Of a stretch of 24,000 nt of DNA, positions 22,006-24,000 are shown piece by piece; within the stretch, counting starts at the first letter, position 1; each line of letters starts with the position of its first letter. The notes under the pieces were generated by a model that saw only the letters and a program-made list of their open reading frames with translations, did no database searches and was not told the origin of the DNA. The position numbers and the translations under genes are program-made. The DNA comes from Exilibacterium sp. (GTDB lineage: Bacteria; Pseudomonadota; Gammaproteobacteria; Pseudomonadales; Cellvibrionaceae): the NCBI GenBank assembly GCA_028280195.1, contig JANQMH010000079.1, forward strand, positions 50,452 to 74,451, given 5' to 3'.

Positions 22006-22175
22006 ACGGCGGTGATTGGAGGGCTTGACCTGTGGTAGCCTGCCGTTACGGGCTTTTACTGGATGAGTCTTTGCATGGGCTTGGTGCCGCCCGGGTCGGT
22101 TCACGACGGCATCGGAGCCGGCCGTAAAACCCGATCTTTGGATCAGCCGCACTGCGGCAGGACTTTCAGGGCATA

Positions 22176-22403
22176 TCAGTGGTCGCCGGGCGGCGGCTCA
22201 TCCTGCTCGTCAGCCGTTGGCACCATTCCGGTTAGCAGCCATAACCTGCGGGCCTCCTCATAGGCTTGCCGGTGCGCCGCCGCCTCGGCCAACCAGAGTA
22301 ACAGCGCCCTGCGCGCCGCGTCGTCGAAGGATTCGTCGTGTTCCCGCACAATCCAGTCTACGGCCTGCCGCCATGCCGCATTGCCACGCACATCGTCTGT
22401 CAT
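22176..22403 (-). CDS. Stand-alone FecR N-terminal domain (DUF4880-like) mini-protein, copy A (75 aa from ATG 22403; 83 aa from GTG 22427)
   Basis: MTDDVRGNAAWRQAVDWIVREHDESFDDAARRALLLWLAEAAAHRQAYEEARRLWLLTGMVPTADEQDEPPPGDH. It has the FecR/FpvR cytoplasmic-domain pattern, no TM helix and no periplasmic domain. It is a paralogue of 1985-2227. It sits 150 nt downstream of the PvdS-like sigma gene. Confidence 0.6.
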   Translation of the reverse strand: MTDDVRGNAAWRQAVDWIVREHDESFDDAARRALLLWLAEAAAHRQAYEEARRLWLLTGMVPTADEQDEPPPGDH

Positions 22404-22553
22404 CACACACTCACTGTCCGGCCACACAGGCTTTCACAATAGCCGATCCAGAACCACCCGTCTTTCCTTTAGGTCGACCTGATCCATGCAATGTGCGATA
22501 TCATAGCAATAGTAAGGCTAAAGCGCAGCTATGGCGTTATCGCGGCGCTTAAA

Positions 22554-23135
22554 TCATGCAGGGCCCAGGGCCAGTCGGCAGTGGTCCAGTGCATCCCGAA
22601 TCATGAAGTTTACCAGTGTCGGAGAAACATCCAGCATGCGGGCAATCTCTCGTTGAGTGTGGCCATCCATTCGATACAACTCAAAGGCGCGCCTGGTTCG
22701 CTCCGGCAGCTGGTCAAGGGCGCGGGCAACCGACCGCAACTGCTGGCTGCTGATGGAAATCGCTTCAGGTGTTCCCGTCGATGACGGCACACTCCGCCCC
22801 TCCTCTGCAACCGCAAAAACGCCGGACTCCAGCACACCGCGCCGGTAATGGTCTATCGCCAGATTGCGTACGATTCTGAAAATATAGGCTGTGGGCTGCC
22901 TGACAACGAAGACCTCCCCAGCCTCTATCACTTTGAGGTAGGCATCCTGCACTACATCTTCAGCCTTATCCCGACTTCCCAGTATCTTCATCGCTACCGT
23001 GCACAATTGGCTGCGATGTGCAACAAAGATATCTACGAGATCTCTGAGCTTCTCATCTGCGTGCACCCTTAGGTCCTCCAGCCTCATAGTCAACTGCACA
23101 AAGACGGCGCTACCTTGAATGACTGTCATTCGCAT
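22554..23135 (-). CDS. pvdS: ECF sigma-70 factor of the iron-starvation PvdS/FecI group
   Basis: Region 2: KAEDVVQDAYLKV...YIFRIVRNLAIDHYRR. Region 4: LPERTRRAFELYRMDGHTQREIARMLDVSPTLVNFMIRDALDHCR. From memory these closely resemble P. aeruginosa PvdS (FQIVRNLAIDHYRK; VSPTLVNFMIRDAL). This is consistent with the TAAAT-N16-CGT promoters in the window. An internal Met at 23087 (MRLEDL...) would give a PvdS-like length and may be the true start. Confidence 0.88.
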   Translation of the reverse strand: MRMTVIQGSAVFVQLTMRLEDLRVHADEKLRDLVDIFVAHRSQLCTVAMKILGSRDKAEDVVQDAYLKVIEAGEVFVVRQPTAYIFRIVRNLAIDHYRRGVLESGVFAVAEEGRSVPSSTGTPEAISISSQQLRSVARALDQLPERTRRAFELYRMDGHTQREIARMLDVSPTLVNFMIRDALDHCRLALGPA

Positions 23136-23156
23136 AAATGGTATTCAGCCTGTTTT

Positions 23157-23178
23157 TCTATATCAACTCTATATCAAC
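23157..23178. repeat. Perfect 11-bp tandem duplication TCTATATCAAC x2 just upstream of the sigma-factor gene
   Basis: TCTATATCAAC at 23157-23167 and again at 23168-23178. On the minus strand this reads GTTGATATAGA GTTGATATAGA, followed by AAAAACAGGCTGAATACCAT. That gives TTGATA-N17-TACCAT, a weak sigma70-like promoter overlapping the repeat. Confidence 0.8.
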
Positions 23179-23358
23179 AATTCAGTACCGCTTTTGTTTC
23201 ACCGGCATGTTCAGAAACGCAGCCAGGGCAGGTCTGGCGTGAACCCGGCAATAGCGGCCTTATCTCGTGCTTACAACAAGAAACGAACGGTAAGATTATT
23301 TTTCCAAATGAATAGGGAGAATATATTTTGAACCTGTGGGAGTACTTCCCAGCGGGGA

Positions 23359-24000
23359 TTATTGACTGAGCACCAGTAACCAGGGGCTGATCTGCAACGC
23401 TGTCGCACCGTGCGCTGCAGCCATCTCCTGCAGCGTTGCAACCGGATCATCCAGCCGGTAGAGACCTGTCACCTGTTGACTGGCAAGGGGCTCGGTAACC
23501 AGTATGACACCGTTGTAATAATGTCGAAAAACTTCCACCACCTCGGCTACTGGCAGGTTGCGGGCGATCAATTCGTTTTTGCGCCAGCGCGCAACGTCCT
23601 CCGGCTCGACACGGGTAAGGTTGACACCGCGCTCCGGGGATATGGACAACTGCTCACCGGCAACCAGCGTCTCTGCTACCCTTGGCGATATATGGTGGTC
23701 CTCGATACGCACATGGCCATGGGCAACCCCGACCACGACGCCATGGGCAGATTTGCTGATAGCAAAGGCGGTGCCCAGAACAGTCGTATGAGTGCCGCCC
23801 GCAGTGACACGGAAGGGACGGCCGGCATCCGCCTGCACCTCGAAATAAGCAGTGCCCTTTAACAGCCGGACAATGCGCTGCTCGCCGGTAAACGTAATGC
23901 TCAGGGCACTTTCCGGTGCCAGGATGAGTTTACTTCGATCCGGCAATACGTGAGTTTGTTGTTCACCGGTAGCGGACAGATAATCGGCCGAGAGCCACAG
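23359..24000 (-). CDS. fecR: FecR/FpvR-type transmembrane anti-sigma regulator, periplasmic C-terminal part (the N-terminus lies beyond the right edge)
   Basis: The frame is open from nt 24000: LWLSADYLSATGEQQTHVLPDRSKLILAPESALSITFTGEQRIVRLLKGTAYFEVQADAGRPFRVTAGGTHTTVLGTAFAI. This carries the FecR-domain signature (GE..v.L.DgS...L...S.l; G.A.F.V.....PF.V......v.VLGT.F). The C-terminal part is VEVFRHYYNGVILV...LASQQVTGLY. The TTG 'start' at 23946 in the track is internal. Confidence 0.85.
   Translation of the reverse strand: MWLSADYLSATGEQQTHVLPDRSKLILAPESALSITFTGEQRIVRLLKGTAYFEVQADAGRPFRVTAGGTHTTVLGTAFAISKSAHGVVVGVAHGHVRIEDHHISPRVAETLVAGEQLSISPERGVNLTRVEPEDVARWRKNELIARNLPVAEVVEVFRHYYNGVILVTEPLASQQVTGLYRLDDPVATLQEMAAAHGATALQISPWLLVLSQ

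Noticed and set aside
1985-22427. Mini-FecR ORFs as pseudogene fragments of disrupted full-length fecR genes
   Set aside because: Rejected provisionally. Both copies are intact and end at the same domain boundary. They retain about 58% identity across the whole domain. They are followed directly by functional-looking promoters rather than by frameshifted FecR-domain remnants. Comparative genomics is still needed.
1-24000. Reading the locus as a colibactin-like (pks/clb) genotoxin island because of the ClbS-like gene, an acyl-aminoacyl starter and a periplasmic peptidase
   Set aside because: The window has no ClbP-type S12 peptidase, no MATE exporter, no Asn-specific A domain with an E domain, and no aminomalonate or cyclopropane-forming genes. 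The PvdS-type regulation, MbtH, SyrP-like hydroxylase, PepSY-TM and TonB genes fit a siderophore-type cluster better. I kept only the narrower self-resistance and maturation hypotheses.

Overview
GC-rich proteobacterial accessory locus, probably gammaproteobacterial given a PvdS-type sigma factor and its promoters. I read it as an iron-starvation-regulated hybrid NRPS/PKS cluster, most likely for an N-acylated (lipo)siderophore-like metabolite. There are two minus-strand biosynthetic operons. One is mbtH, a SyrP/TauD-like hydroxylase and a FAAL-T-C-A-T NRPS (21916 down to 15220). The other is a type I PKS starting at 1747 and running off the left edge; it is missing from the ORF track because it has no stop in the window. 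Both operons are preceded by a TAAAT-N16-CGT (PvdS 'IS box') promoter. Directly upstream of each promoter is one of two paralogous mini-proteins that look like only the cytoplasmic N-terminal sigma-binding domain of FecR. Between the operons lies a ~13 kb uptake/export/resistance block. It holds a DUF3649-like protein, a PepSY membrane protein and TonB (+ strand); a TetR gene followed by RND adaptor, RND pump and ClbS/DUF1706-like genes (- strand); an MFS transporter (+); and a secreted S9 serine peptidase (+). At the right edge are a PvdS-like ECF sigma gene and the C-terminal two thirds of a full-length FecR-type anti-sigma gene. I saw no rRNA, tRNA, CRISPR array, transposase or integrase. 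Many long ORFs in the track are antisense shadow frames typical of high-GC DNA. The most interesting items are the duplicated mini-FecR plus IS-box modules, the ClbS-like gene fused to the RND efflux operon, the acyl-initiation module paired with a periplasmic S9 peptidase, and a KS domain whose first catalytic His is replaced by Gln. All family assignments are motif recognition by eye. No searches were run.
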